This document shows, one piece after another, positions 1-9,847 of a DNA stretch of 64,000 nucleotides. Under the pieces are notes generated by a model. That model ran no database searches. It was not told the origin of the DNA and saw nothing but the letters and a program-made list of their open reading frames with translations. Origin of the DNA: Setoptus koraiensis (taxonomy: Eukaryota; Animalia; Arthropoda); NCBI GenBank assembly GCA_048013815.1, contig CM106585.1:4836001-4900000 (forward strand), written 5' to 3'. The translations under genes were made by a program, and so were the position numbers. The stretch's first letter is position 1. Each line of letters begins with the position of its first letter.

Positions 1-1732
1 AATATCTCAGGGGCTTCAGCGGACCGTCTCGAGCCCGAGCGGGGCCAGCCGGCGAACGGCCACTGGCGGCGAATAGTGGCGCATTATTAAGCAGACCAGG
101 ACTAATAAACTGTGATGGCTTCATATGTGTCAAGTCGCTGCCGGCGAGCGTTGCTCTGATTTCCGAGAAAAAAGTCGCGCTCGAAATTCATTTCGAGCGA
201 TTGATTTGTGGCGCCCACTCGACTTGATACAGTGACTGTGTGCAAACATGTCGTCACATTAATTAGAGCTCGTGTGTGTCGCACGAGCAAACTAGACGAT
301 GGGCCTAGATGAGATAAGATTGCCGCGCCATCGTGTGCCATCGTCTGGTCATTTATCGGGGGCGCCGGGCCGGCCCGACATGTCGTGCGGGTCGGCCATA
401 TGATTCATATAAATGAGACAGTTTATTTCTTGGTTCGCTTTATTTGATTTTATGCGTTTGCGGCGCCGTCCCCGAGGGCCAAATGCCCGCTCGTGGCAAC
501 TAGTCGGATATATCGCGCGACCGCCGCATGTCAGGCCCGACGGGAAGCCCCGAGCGAAGTTGTTTGTCGGGCTGCCGCCGCCGGTGTCGGCGAGGCTCAT
601 TTGGGCTCGCGGGCCTCATCTTTGGCGCGCCGATATATCCGACGGCGACCGGCGGCACCCGACGGCAACCGACTGTAAACTCTCACGACCATCTGTTATG
701 CGGCGCTGTGGTTGTCGCCCATCGGCGTTAATCACGTCGCCGCATATTATTTACCATTGCATACGCGCCCGTCTGGGCATAGTGGCGCAGTGCCAATAAC
801 AGGTGCGGGCACGAATACCGTCGGCGCAGTTTCCGTTCGCGCGCGCGCGCCCGCTCGCCATTGTCGGGAAATAGGCTCACAGGAAATAAGCTCGCGCCCA
901 CGGTGATGACCTTTTTCGGATGGCGCGCGGTTGAAATATCGGGGCCCCCGAACGTGGGGGGCGCCGCCACTGCGACGTCTGTCTCATTACGATCACCGCT
1001 AAGTGTGATCGCTAAAAGTGCGCGCCCTAAAGGAGCGCATTAGATTAGTGCACTTAATTACAATTAGCCCCATTTCGCGTGCGCGTGTCTCGTCTACATG
1101 TTAACAGTGTGCGGGTGTCTCGTCAGCCTGGCCGCCGGTGCGGCCCGCATGCCCGATGCAAATACCCGACGCGGCGGATGCGCCCGTCACTCCGAAACCG
1201 TTGTGTGGTGCGGTGCGGCCGCCTGTCGTGTCATCGGCGAAACATTAATAATCAATTAATCAGCGCTGGTCAGTGGCCTAGCCAAGTGTCCTGTCGAGGG
1301 GGGGGGGCGCCGCCAGTCGCAATCGAAGAAATACTGCCACTGGCTACCTTCGGGGGGCCGCTGCCGCCGGCGCGCTCTGCCTATCCGACGATCCGATGCA
1401 CCAATGAACCAATTTTCATCCGACAGTCAATTGTGGCACGAGAAAAATAAAACATGCCCCAGGCTGGCCCCGCCGACCCGGGCGCCCAGAGCCCGTTCCG
1501 CGGGCTCATTGTGCGCCGCAAGTGCAAAATTGGGCCCAATCAGGCGAACTCGCGACTCGCCAGATTATGCGACCGACTGCGCGAGCTTGCGACTTATATG
1601 CGATTTTTTTCCGCGAACAACATTCAGATTACTCGAACATCGAGCGTTGGAGTCTCGAAGGCATTTTCGGCGACGATTCGGCTCGCCGCGCCACCAATCA
1701 GGCGACCGATCTCGCCAGTTTGCAAATTGCAA

Positions 1733-1850
1733 CTCGAATATCCGCCGCACTGTGAGACTCGAATGTCCGCCGCACTGTGAGGCTCGAATATCCGCCGCAC
1801 TGTGAGACCCGAATATCCGCCGCACGGTGCTACTCGAATATCCGCCGCAC
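1733..1850. repeat. 25-bp tandem minisatellite, ~4.7 copies
   Basis: Unit ctcgaatatccgccgcactgtgaga starts at 1733, 1758, 1783, 1808 and 1833 with minor variants and no spacers. Confidence 0.9.
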
Positions 1851-2288
1851 GCTCATCCCGGCGTGCATACTTGCCGCCATCAACCCGCGATGCTCGTGCA
1901 GTCTCGGGCTCTTGTGCCGCGCGCCGCAAAACCCCGATACCTGTGCGGAAAAGTCGGCCCGATTAACGCGAGCCGGTTAACCGGCCCGGTGGCCCGGTCG
2001 AAGAGACCGAGTCAGCGCGGGCACGGTGCGTTATCTCGCGTGGTAGCTATTTCGAGGCCGCGCATGGCATCGATCAGAGCGTAGAAAACCGAGAGGTCAG
2101 CTTTTCGGGGCACATTGTGCAGATAATCCCCCTCTTGCACTGTGATTAAAACTTTTAGCTGGAACAACGCGACCAGCAAGCTCGTTAGGTCGCGCCCACG
2201 GACCCGATGCTGCGGACCGTGCAGTTTAGAGGCTCACTTGACGCGTTTTCTTGCGTTGCGAGTCGCGAGAAATGTTGCGAGAAGCGAT

Positions 2289-2355
2289 GCCGAAACCCTG
2301 CCGAAACGCCGCCGAAACGCTGCCGAAACGCTGCCGAAACGCTGCGAAAAACGCT
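2289..2355. repeat. 11-bp tandem repeat (gccgaaacgct), ~6 copies
   Basis: Units visible at 2289, 2300, 2311, 2322 and 2333, then a degenerate copy. Confidence 0.85.
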
Positions 2356-3074
2356 GCCAGAAACGAGGAACGCTGCCAGAAAATCTCACGCAGAGACACA
2401 TGTGACATAGGGTCGTTGGCGAGCGGCGACTGCCTTGCGACTGGCGCTGTCAGCTGCGGATAATAGGCAATTAGCCGATATTTTGTTTTGTTGCAGTCGG
2501 TGAACTGTGAACAAACTGCCAGGCAACCCGAGCCGGCGCCGGGTTCAAGTTCAGCCGCCAAACCAATAATACTAATGAGAAAAATGGCAACAATTTGGGC
2601 CGTGTTTGCAAAAATAAAAAAACGACTTTTACGGCAACGGCAACAGCAATTTTTTGCGAGCAGCGACGGCAAATTCTCGCCGGTTGCAACGCCCGTGAAT
2701 ATCGACGGATAATGAGGCTGCTGCGATGCGACCACGACTGGTGATCAGTGTGAGTGGCGCCGCGTCTATTTTTATCCGCATCTTTGTTTGTTTCGCTGGC
2801 AGCCGGGCCAGCGCTGTCGGGCGCCAATTTGTTTGGTCTGTTTCTGTTCCGACGGAATGGCCGGCGAAATCGGTTCGCGGGCCCGTCTGAGTCAGACGGT
2901 CTGACACTACGGCCAGCAGCACAGCGAGCAATCCGAAAAAACAGCCGGTATAGCTCATATTTCACGGGCCCGTCCGCCGAGACAGGGCGCACAATATTTT
3001 TTAAATGGCACTTTTATGGCTCTGTGTCGTGTAATCTGTTTCGAGCCGGCGCGACCGTGTTGTGTGTTGTTATG

Positions 3075-3341
3075 TGTTAACATAACGTATTTTGTTTAGA
3101 TGTTAACTCATGAAGAGTTAGATTATAACTACTTTATTTCTATGATTGTATGTAACATAGATGAATATGCTTTAGAGTGAAAAGTAACTCCGTGTTAGGA
3201 GTGTTGATCACATGATCAGTACATGTTCACAATTAATGCATATAGCATACAGCATATGAACACGGTGGTGAGTACGACACTCACGGTTCATATTACATAT
3301 CTTTGCTATGAGCACAATACAAATACAACTATTATCGAACA
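3075..3341 (-). repeat. complete 3' LTR (267 bp)
   Basis: On the minus strand it starts TGTTCGATAATAG directly after a purine-rich tract and ends TTAACA. 3075-3285 is the reverse complement of 5891-6109, and 3319-3341 is identical to 7591-7613. Confidence 0.95.
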
Positions 3342-3353
3342 TCACCCCTTTGT
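3342..3353 (-). other. polypurine tract of the copia element
   Basis: Minus strand reads ...CACAAAGGGGTGA immediately before the LTR TG, about 40 bp after the pol stop codon. Confidence 0.75.
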
Positions 3354-3379
3354 GCTCTTAGCATAATTCATATCTGAAT

Positions 3380-5890
3380 TCACTTTTGTGAGCTTTCAGT
3401 TAGAATACGATCGCGATTGATGATGAACTTTCCAGTCTGGACTGTTTTCGTTAGTATGTCTGCTAGTTGATGTTCTGATTTGACATGCATCAATCCCAAT
3501 TCGTGTAACTCAATCTGTTCCCGTACATAGGCGTCCTGTGATCTTAAATGACGGGTACGTAATGTTGCCTTCTCTGATTGAGCTATTTTAATGGCACTTG
3601 TATTGTCGCATTTGATGATTGCTTTTTCATCTGGTATGATATTAAGCTCGATCATAAAGCGACGTATCCATGAAATTTCTTTTGACAGTGCACATAGTGC
3701 AATCACTTCTGCCTCGGTTGACGATAATGTTACATGCCGTTGTAACTGTGTTTTCCAGTGAATTGTGGAACCATTAAACATGAGAACATAGCCAGTTGTT
3801 GATTTGCTTGTTCCAATGTCACCAGCAAAGTCACTGTCACTGTATCCAATTAAGCCTTGTTTTTCGTCTTTGTTGCTTAATTTGATACCCATATTGATTG
3901 TTCCGGCTAAATAGCGAAACACTTGTTTTGCTCTTTTCCAATCGTTCTCAGTGGGAGCTGACATTTTTCTCGATAGTTGGTTTACAGCAAACGCAATGTC
4001 TGGTCTTGTCATGTCAGCTAAATACGCCAGCGAGCCAACTGCACTGCGATATGGTACACCACTGTCTAGAGGTGAATCGTCAATGTCATTGAATTGGTTG
4101 ACTGGATTTGCGACATGTTTTGCATGTGACATATTGAATGTCGCCAGTATCTTTCTTGTATACTTAGATTGATGTAAGAAGATACCGTCTGCTTCTACCA
4201 TTATTTCTAGACCTCGGTAGGTATTAACATTCAGCTCTCTCATTTCAAATTGATCCTTGAGCTTAGCTAATACGTCTAGAATGCTTGCTTCATTGTCTGC
4301 AAAAATTAGACCGTCGTCTACATAGACAATGACGATTAGAATTGGATCTAATCTATAGAACACACTATTGTCATAATGACTCATTTTCAAATCTATGTTT
4401 GTCATAAAGTCCGTGAAGCGTTTGTTCCACATACGCGGGCTCTGTTTGAGTCCATAAAGCGAACGTTTGAGCTTCCACACTTTGTCTGGTTCGCAATAAC
4501 CTTCTGGAGGTTCCATAAATATCTCTTCGTCGAGATGACCGTATAAGAATGCGGTTTTAATATCAAATTGACGGATGATCAGTTGATTCTTTGCGGCATA
4601 AGCCAATATTAGCCGTGTTGACATGATTTGTACAACTGAACAGTACGTTTCAAAGTAATCATGGCCGTAAATTTGACTGTATCCTTTGGCTACCACTCTT
4701 GCTTTGAACTTATCTATTTCATCATTATCTTTGTATTTTAAGGCATAGACCCATCTTGAACCCACTATCTTCTTCTTCACTTGGTTCTTTTCAACTACTT
4801 CAAAAACTTCATTCTGAATCAATGAATTCATTTCATCGTTCATAGCTACAGTCCATTCACCCCTGAATTCATTATTCATTGCTTGTCCGTAGTTGTTCGG
4901 TATAGACACTTGAGCCGCAGTTAACAGTGCACGAGCCACAGTTGCTCTTGGAGTTGGCATACAGGCATCGTAGATTCGCCTAATATACTCTCTTCTTATG
5001 AATTGACCGGTTGCTCTATTTCTCCAACGGCCCGTTGTTCGTTCGTGTATTAAGTCACCCACTCTTATAGCTAATTCTCCGTCTTCATTGTACGGAATCA
5101 AAAATCTCTCGTTTCCGTGATTTTGGATCAATGATGTTACCTCTTCGAATGAGATTGGTGGTACTTGGCCGGATGATGCCGGTGCTATCGCTCGAGGAGC
5201 TCGCTGAATTGGTAACGGATGAATTGCCCGTGGGGCTTGCGGTTGTTGCGGTTGCGGTTGTTGAGCCGTTGATTGTCGCGGTGGAGGTGTCGATATCATT
5301 GTATCATTATTATCGGTCCGTACATTTACTAATGGTGTTGAAGTAAGCATTTGTGTCGAATTACAACTTTCCATTGTGCAGTCGGCATCATCTACAGAAT
5401 CGTAGTCATTGTCATTTCTTTGTTGAGATGAACCTGCGATTTGTTGGACACTTTCAATTCGCTGAATTGGACGGTCGGTTGATTCCGCACAGATATTGTC
5501 CATCGATGTCCATAACACTTGTTCTTCATCGTCGGTTGACCTTGCTATATTTTCACCATTAAACATTTTGTTGATGAACACAGCATCACAAAACTTTTCG
5601 ACCTTATTTCCTCTGAGAAAGAAGTAGGTGTTGAAACGATCGGTGTATCCGACGAATGCTGCCTTAGATCCTTTCTCTTCCCATGATTTCATTTGTTGGT
5701 CAGGTTTCTTGAGAATTGCTAATTCACCGAAGATTCGCAAATTCTTTACATTTGGCTTCGATTTATGCCATAGTTCATACGGTGTTACCTGATTATTCGT
5801 TGAGTTTATCACTCGGTTGAGCGTATAGACTGCACAGCTAATCGCAAATGGCCACATATTTTTGTCTAGTTTAGACCCATTTAATATTGT
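3380..5890 (-). CDS. pol: copia pol, 3' part: integrase C-terminal region, reverse transcriptase, RNase H (N-terminally truncated)
   Basis: Uninterrupted ORF with integrase-tail TILNGSKLDKNMWPFA and FG..FVGY, RT motifs KARVVAKGYSQ, DIKTAFLYG, LYGLKQSPRMW and YVDD, and RNase H motifs GYSDSDFAGD..KSTTGY and STEAEVIA. The first 21 codons of the tracked ORF (5891-5953) are antisense LTR sequence. Confidence 0.95.
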   Translation of the reverse strand, partial: TILNGSKLDKNMWPFAISCAVYTLNRVINSTNNQVTPYELWHKSKPNVKNLRIFGELAILKKPDQQMKSWEEKGSKAAFVGYTDRFNTYFFLRGNKVEKFCDAVFINKMFNGENIARSTDDEEQVLWTSMDNICAESTDRPIQRIESVQQIAGSSQQRNDNDYDSVDDADCTMESCNSTQMLTSTPLVNVRTDNNDTMISTPPPRQSTAQQPQPQQPQAPRAIHPLPIQRAPRAIAPASSGQVPPISFEEVTSLIQNHGNERFLIPYNEDGELAIRVGDLIHERTTGRWRNRATGQFIRREYIRRIYDACMPTPRATVARALLTAAQVSIPNNYGQAMNNEFRGEWTVAMNDEMNSLIQNEVFEVVEKNQVKKKIVGSRWVYALKYKDNDEIDKFKARVVAKGYSQIYGHDYFETYCSVVQIMSTRLILAYAAKNQLIIRQFDIKTAFLYGHLDEEIFMEPPEGYCEPDKVWKLKRSLYGLKQSPRMWNKRFTDFMTNIDLKMSHYDNSVFYRLDPILIVIVYVDDGLIFADNEASILDVLAKLKDQFEMRELNVNTYRGLEIMVEADGIFLHQSKYTRKILATFNMSHAKHVANPVNQFNDIDDSPLDSGVPYRSAVGSLAYLADMTRPDIAFAVNQLSRKMSAPTENDWKRAKQVFRYLAGTINMGIKLSNKDEKQGLIGYSDSDFAGDIGTSKSTTGYVLMFNGSTIHWKTQLQRHVTLSSTEAEVIALCALSKEISWIRRFMIELNIIPDEKAIIKCDNTSAIKIAQSEKATLRTRHLRSQDAYVREQIELHELGLMHVKSEHQLADILTKTVQTGKFIINRDRILTESSQK

Positions 5891-6109
5891 CGTGAGTGTC
5901 GTACTCACCACCGTGTTCATATGCTGTATGCTATATGCATTAATTGTGAACATGTACTGATCATGTGATCAACACTCCTAACACGGAGTTACTTTTCACT
6001 CTAAAGCATATTCATCTATGTTATATACAATCATACAATCATAGAAATAAAGTAGTTATAATCTAACTCTTCATGAGTTAACATCTAAACAAAATACGTT
6101 ATGTTAACA
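5891..6109 (+). repeat. displaced 3' portion of the 5' LTR (inverted relative to the 3' LTR)
   Basis: Reverse complement of 3075-3285 apart from one substitution and an 8-bp tandem duplication (atacaatc). Ends in CA directly before the PBS; AATAAA at 6046-6051. Confidence 0.95.
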
Positions 6110-6121
6110 TGGTAGCAGAGC
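6110..6121 (+). other. primer-binding site (initiator Met tRNA type)
   Basis: TGGTAGCAGAGC abuts the LTR-terminal CA; TGGTAGCAGAG is complementary to the 3' end of tRNA-iMet. Confidence 0.85.
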
Positions 6122-6281
6122 GATATAACGATTTATGGTTAAAAATTCAATGAAATTGTAAGTTTTCGAACTGTACAATAACGTCAACGTGTGACCAACA
6201 ACTTGATTATAAGTGTGTGTAATTGTAACCATCTCGTCAAATCATTAAGGGGTGAAAATACCAAAAAGTAAAGATTTGAAG

Positions 6282-7619
6282 ATGTCCGACAATAACAATT
6301 TTAAGATAGTCAAGTTGGATGTGGACAACTATGTGGTATGGAAATACCAATTTACGAATGTGTTAAAAGCAAAAGGTCTAGCAGCAGCGCTAGAAACAGG
6401 CTCGACAAGAAACGAAACAACGGACATGAATGCATTAGCATTATTAAGTTCATCACTTAGTGAAGAAAATATATTGAAGATCATAAGCTGCGACAATTTC
6501 AAAGACGCTTGGGAAACGATTGGTAGATGTTTCGAAAACAAAACTACATATGAACCGCAAGCATTATATGGCCGACTCAATTCTTACAAGATTAATTCGG
6601 CAAGCAACGTGAGCGCAGGTATTAGTGAAATCCGTGCAATAGTGGCGCAACTTAAGAATCTTAATGAGAAAGTTTCAGACAACTGTTTAATTGGTGCAAT
6701 TTTGTCAGCATTGCCAGAATCCTTCAAAGTGTTCAAAACGGTATGGAAGAATACGGCTGGCAACAACGTTGATGACTTAATATCTAAGCTGATGGCAGAA
6801 GCCTCTGATCAAGTGGCAAATGATACTAACGATTTCAAAGCATTCGCGGCAAAACCTGGTAAAAAGAACAAACCGAATTTCAACAATGATCAATGCCGAT
6901 ATTGCAAAGAAAAAGGCCATTGGATTAAGGATTGTCCTAATCTCAAGACACCGTACGACCCTAATAAAGGTCAAAAGAAGAATGACAACGACAGAAACAA
7001 GAATCACAAGGGCAAAGAAGGAAACAGCACGAATGAACTAGCCTTCACGACACACTCAACCGTGGAAAGGCAATTAACTAAGGAAATATGGGTGGCAGAC
7101 AGTGGCTGCACCCATCATATGTCTCCATTTAAAGAATTGTTCAGTTTCATTAATAATGTAACCGTGGAACCTGAAGCTATTCAACTTGCCGATGATTCGT
7201 GTTTGAAAGTTTATGGTAAAGGCGATATCAGCACAACAAAAGGAACCCTCAAAGATGTGTTATTTGTTCCAAACTTGGGACAAAATCTGTTTTCAATGTC
7301 TACGGCTGGTAAAGTTTTAACGTATAAAGGAAGTAACGAGAAAATAGTCTTCTTTCATCAAGGAAAAGAAGTATTCACGGCTCATAATGAAGATAAGCTG
7401 TATTTGATCGAATTTCCACCGGTAAAATCAAGTTATTATGGCGGAGCTAAAGCGGCAACCTTAAGTGAATGGCACGCTCGCTTCTCTCATGTTTCACCGG
7501 AGACGATCAACTTCATGCACAAGAACAAAGTTGTAGACGGGCTGGATATCGTGGCCAATGTTAATGAAAAATGTTTGGACTGTCAACTCAACAAATACAA
7601 CTATTATCGAACATTATGA
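6282..7619 (+). CDS. gag: copia gag-protease-integrase HHCC region, truncated at the inversion breakpoint
   Basis: ATG at 6282. Contains zinc knuckle CRYCKEKGHWIKDC, protease WVADSGCTHHM and HHCC finger WHARFSH...CLDC. The last residues YNYYRTL* come from the LTR remnant and the TSD. Confidence 0.93.
   Translation: MSDNNNFKIVKLDVDNYVVWKYQFTNVLKAKGLAAALETGSTRNETTDMNALALLSSSLSEENILKIISCDNFKDAWETIGRCFENKTTYEPQALYGRLNSYKINSASNVSAGISEIRAIVAQLKNLNEKVSDNCLIGAILSALPESFKVFKTVWKNTAGNNVDDLISKLMAEASDQVANDTNDFKAFAAKPGKKNKPNFNNDQCRYCKEKGHWIKDCPNLKTPYDPNKGQKKNDNDRNKNHKGKEGNSTNELAFTTHSTVERQLTKEIWVADSGCTHHMSPFKELFSFINNVTVEPEAIQLADDSCLKVYGKGDISTTKGTLKDVLFVPNLGQNLFSMSTAGKVLTYKGSNEKIVFFHQGKEVFTAHNEDKLYLIEFPPVKSSYYGGAKAATLSEWHARFSHVSPETINFMHKNKVVDGLDIVANVNEKCLDCQLNKYNYYRTL
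7591..7613 (-). repeat. outer 23 bp of the 5' LTR left in original orientation
   Basis: acaaatacaactattatcgaaca is identical to 3319-3341 and is followed directly by the TSD. Confidence 0.92.
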
Positions 7620-8987
7620 CAATGTCGTTGGGCGCCCTAATTCGCGAATTCTTCGCCGGACTGGAAATCTATTTATTCTGGCATGTATGTATCTGTTTTT
7701 TGTGTTGCCCTTTCTCTGGCTGGCTTCGTTAGTCGCCCTAGGATGTGGCCGCGTTCTAATGGTCTTTTGGATACTGTTTGCCTCGCCAACATCTTGTCGA
7801 GCCGACGCGACCGTGTTTGGCTGCGGCCCCGAGCCGCTGGGGCCGCTCGCTGCGCCCGGGCGTTTGTTTGTGTGTTTGCACAGCGGCACAAACGGCGCGC
7901 GCGGGCGCCACACGATGAAAAATAGACGATGCCTGACAGAGCGTCGGGCCCAAGCGATGCGGCCGCTGCCGGGCTCGCGAGAGCACGACGGGCCGGCGGC
8001 TCGCGCCAGAGCGGGCCGGCCCGCCAGCGCAGTCAGTCAGTCTTATCTTGTTAAGTCGGCAAGACTATTCAAGTGTAGTGTGCTTATCCCCTCATCCATG
8101 CTGGCGGCGCCCCATGTTAGCGGCGCCACTAGTTTATTCTGCTAATGGTCTTGGCCAACTAATCTATGTGAGCTGGCTGTTGTTGCGTCGGGCGCGCGTG
8201 TGCCGGCGGATCCGCGCCCGGACTCCCGAGTCAATCTCTATACTCAATGCCAGCCGAGACCGCTGTACGCCGCCTGCTTTTTGCTGGCCCGCCGGCCCGC
8301 TCATTGCGGCGCCCGCTGCAAACTGCCAAAAAGCTTAACGATTCGCGCCGTTTGTTAGCTTTGCCCGGCCGGCCCCACCGCTAAGCAAATGAATTGCCAG
8401 CCGGCGATAAAGGAGTCGATAAAACGCGCCCAGCCAACACAAACAAAGCGAAACGAAAACAAAACATTGTGCTGGCGCCATTGCCCTCATTGGGGCGCTC
8501 TCATTGAGAAACTTTGCAAATTTTTTTATTTTTACGCACGCCGCAGCCGATACACGCCGTACATAATGCAGCCAGTTTGCATTATGTGGCGCACAGCCGC
8601 TGACACAGGCAAAAAATTTCACCGCCAGTGGGCGCCCATATTGGGGGGCCCACAATGTAGGGGGCTTACAGTATCGGGGGGCGCCCAATATTTTGGGGCG
8701 CCGGCGCGCGAAACGTCGCGCTGTACGAGAAGACGGCGGGCCGAAAAAGTGTCTTGCTGCGGTAGCCGCTTTAAATTTGACCAGCGCGAGCTCCGAGCCA
8801 AAATTGAGTCGACTGTCGGCCGTGGGCGGCCTCGCGCGGGTGCGGCGCGTCCGCCGCGTTCGCCGAGTCCGCCGAGTCCGCCGAGTCGCGCCCCCAATGC
8901 CGGATCTGACTCGTAGCGCGCGTTTTATCGCGCGCAGTGTCGGCGCCCCAAGTTGCGAGCGGCTGTCAGATCGCCAGCGGGGAATCG

Positions 8988-8988
<1 letters not shown>

Positions 8989-9018
<30 letters not shown>
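8989..9018. repeat. (TG)n microsatellite
   Basis: Read directly from the sequence. Confidence 0.95.
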
Positions 9019-9023
<5 letters not shown>

Positions 9024-9800
9024 GCGCGTTGCCGTTGTCGCTGGCGGTGCGATGGGGATTGTTTGCGAAAGTGCGCGCCAGAAAACAACCGACAAGCGGC
9101 CCGACGCGCCCCAGCAAAGCGATAAACGGGGCGCCAAGCGAGCCAAAAACAAATCATCAACAAAAACGCTACGTGATGTATGGTCGACACACTCGCATAC
9201 ATACATAAAGAGCGACTACAAATAACGGTCGCTATCATGAGATAAATTTGCAGTTTCGCCCAGCCACGACAAATGGACCGACGGGCACGCTCGTGCGGCT
9301 CGAAACGGCTCCGTTCGGGCGCCCGGCCAGCGGGCCGCGGCCGAGCCGGAGCGCGTGGGCGTCCGCGAGTCCGCCCGCCAGTCGGGTTGCCACGGGAGAC
9401 GGCGGGCCGATTTCGGGCCGCTCGGCGCGCTTGGGGCTGGCTGGCGGAACCGGCCCAACGAGCCAGCCTGACATAATCATGGCCATGTCAAGAAAAGAAA
9501 CAGGCGCTCGGGCCGGCGCGCATTCTTCGCTCTGGCCGGCCGCTCGTTGCGCGCCGGCCCCTAATGTGACTAGGCGGCCATATTATGCATGATGATGACT
9601 ACATCAAAAATAAATATGCCACCGGGCGCACCGTCGTCATGTTAGAGCCGCGTGGGGCCGCGCAGGTATGCGGCCGCGGGCCGGCCCGCGGCCGGTAATT
9701 GGCAATACCGCGCCGCGTATAAATATAAACATACCCATGTATAAATATACATGTATATTTATATGGATATATCCATTTTTTCCGCATGTCGCGCGCATAT

Positions 9801-9847
9801 CGCGTATATGGCGCCCATGTCGCGTATATGGCGCCCATGTCGCGTAT
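9801..9847. repeat. 20-bp tandem repeat (cgcgtatatggcgcccatgt), ~2.3 copies
   Basis: Read directly from the sequence. Confidence 0.85.

Larger units (their letters stand above)
3075..7613 (-). mobile_element. Ty1/copia LTR retrotransposon, internally rearranged (segment ~5891-7590 inverted, integrase core deleted)
   Basis: Ends are TG...CA (tgttaaca at 3075, atcgaaca ending at 7613), flanked by the direct repeat TTATG at 3070-3074 and 7614-7618 (TSD). Contains gag zinc knuckle, aspartic protease, HHCC, integrase C-terminal part, RT and RNase H motifs of copia type, plus LTR copies, PBS and PPT. Confidence 0.96.

Noticed and set aside
1733-1850. CRISPR-like 25-bp repeats
   Set aside because: Copies are head-to-tail with no unique spacers, there are no cas genes, and the context is eukaryotic.
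2754-3080. ORF with a signal-like N-terminus apparently interrupted by the copia insertion
   Set aside because: The reconstructed pre-insertion frame stops ~38 codons after the TSD, has no recognisable domain, and looks like a GC-rich chance ORF.
3075-6109. DIRS-like element with inverted terminal repeats
   Set aside because: No tyrosine recombinase; the copia-type RT/RH, PBS, PPT and a 5-bp TSD explain the structure as a rearranged copia.
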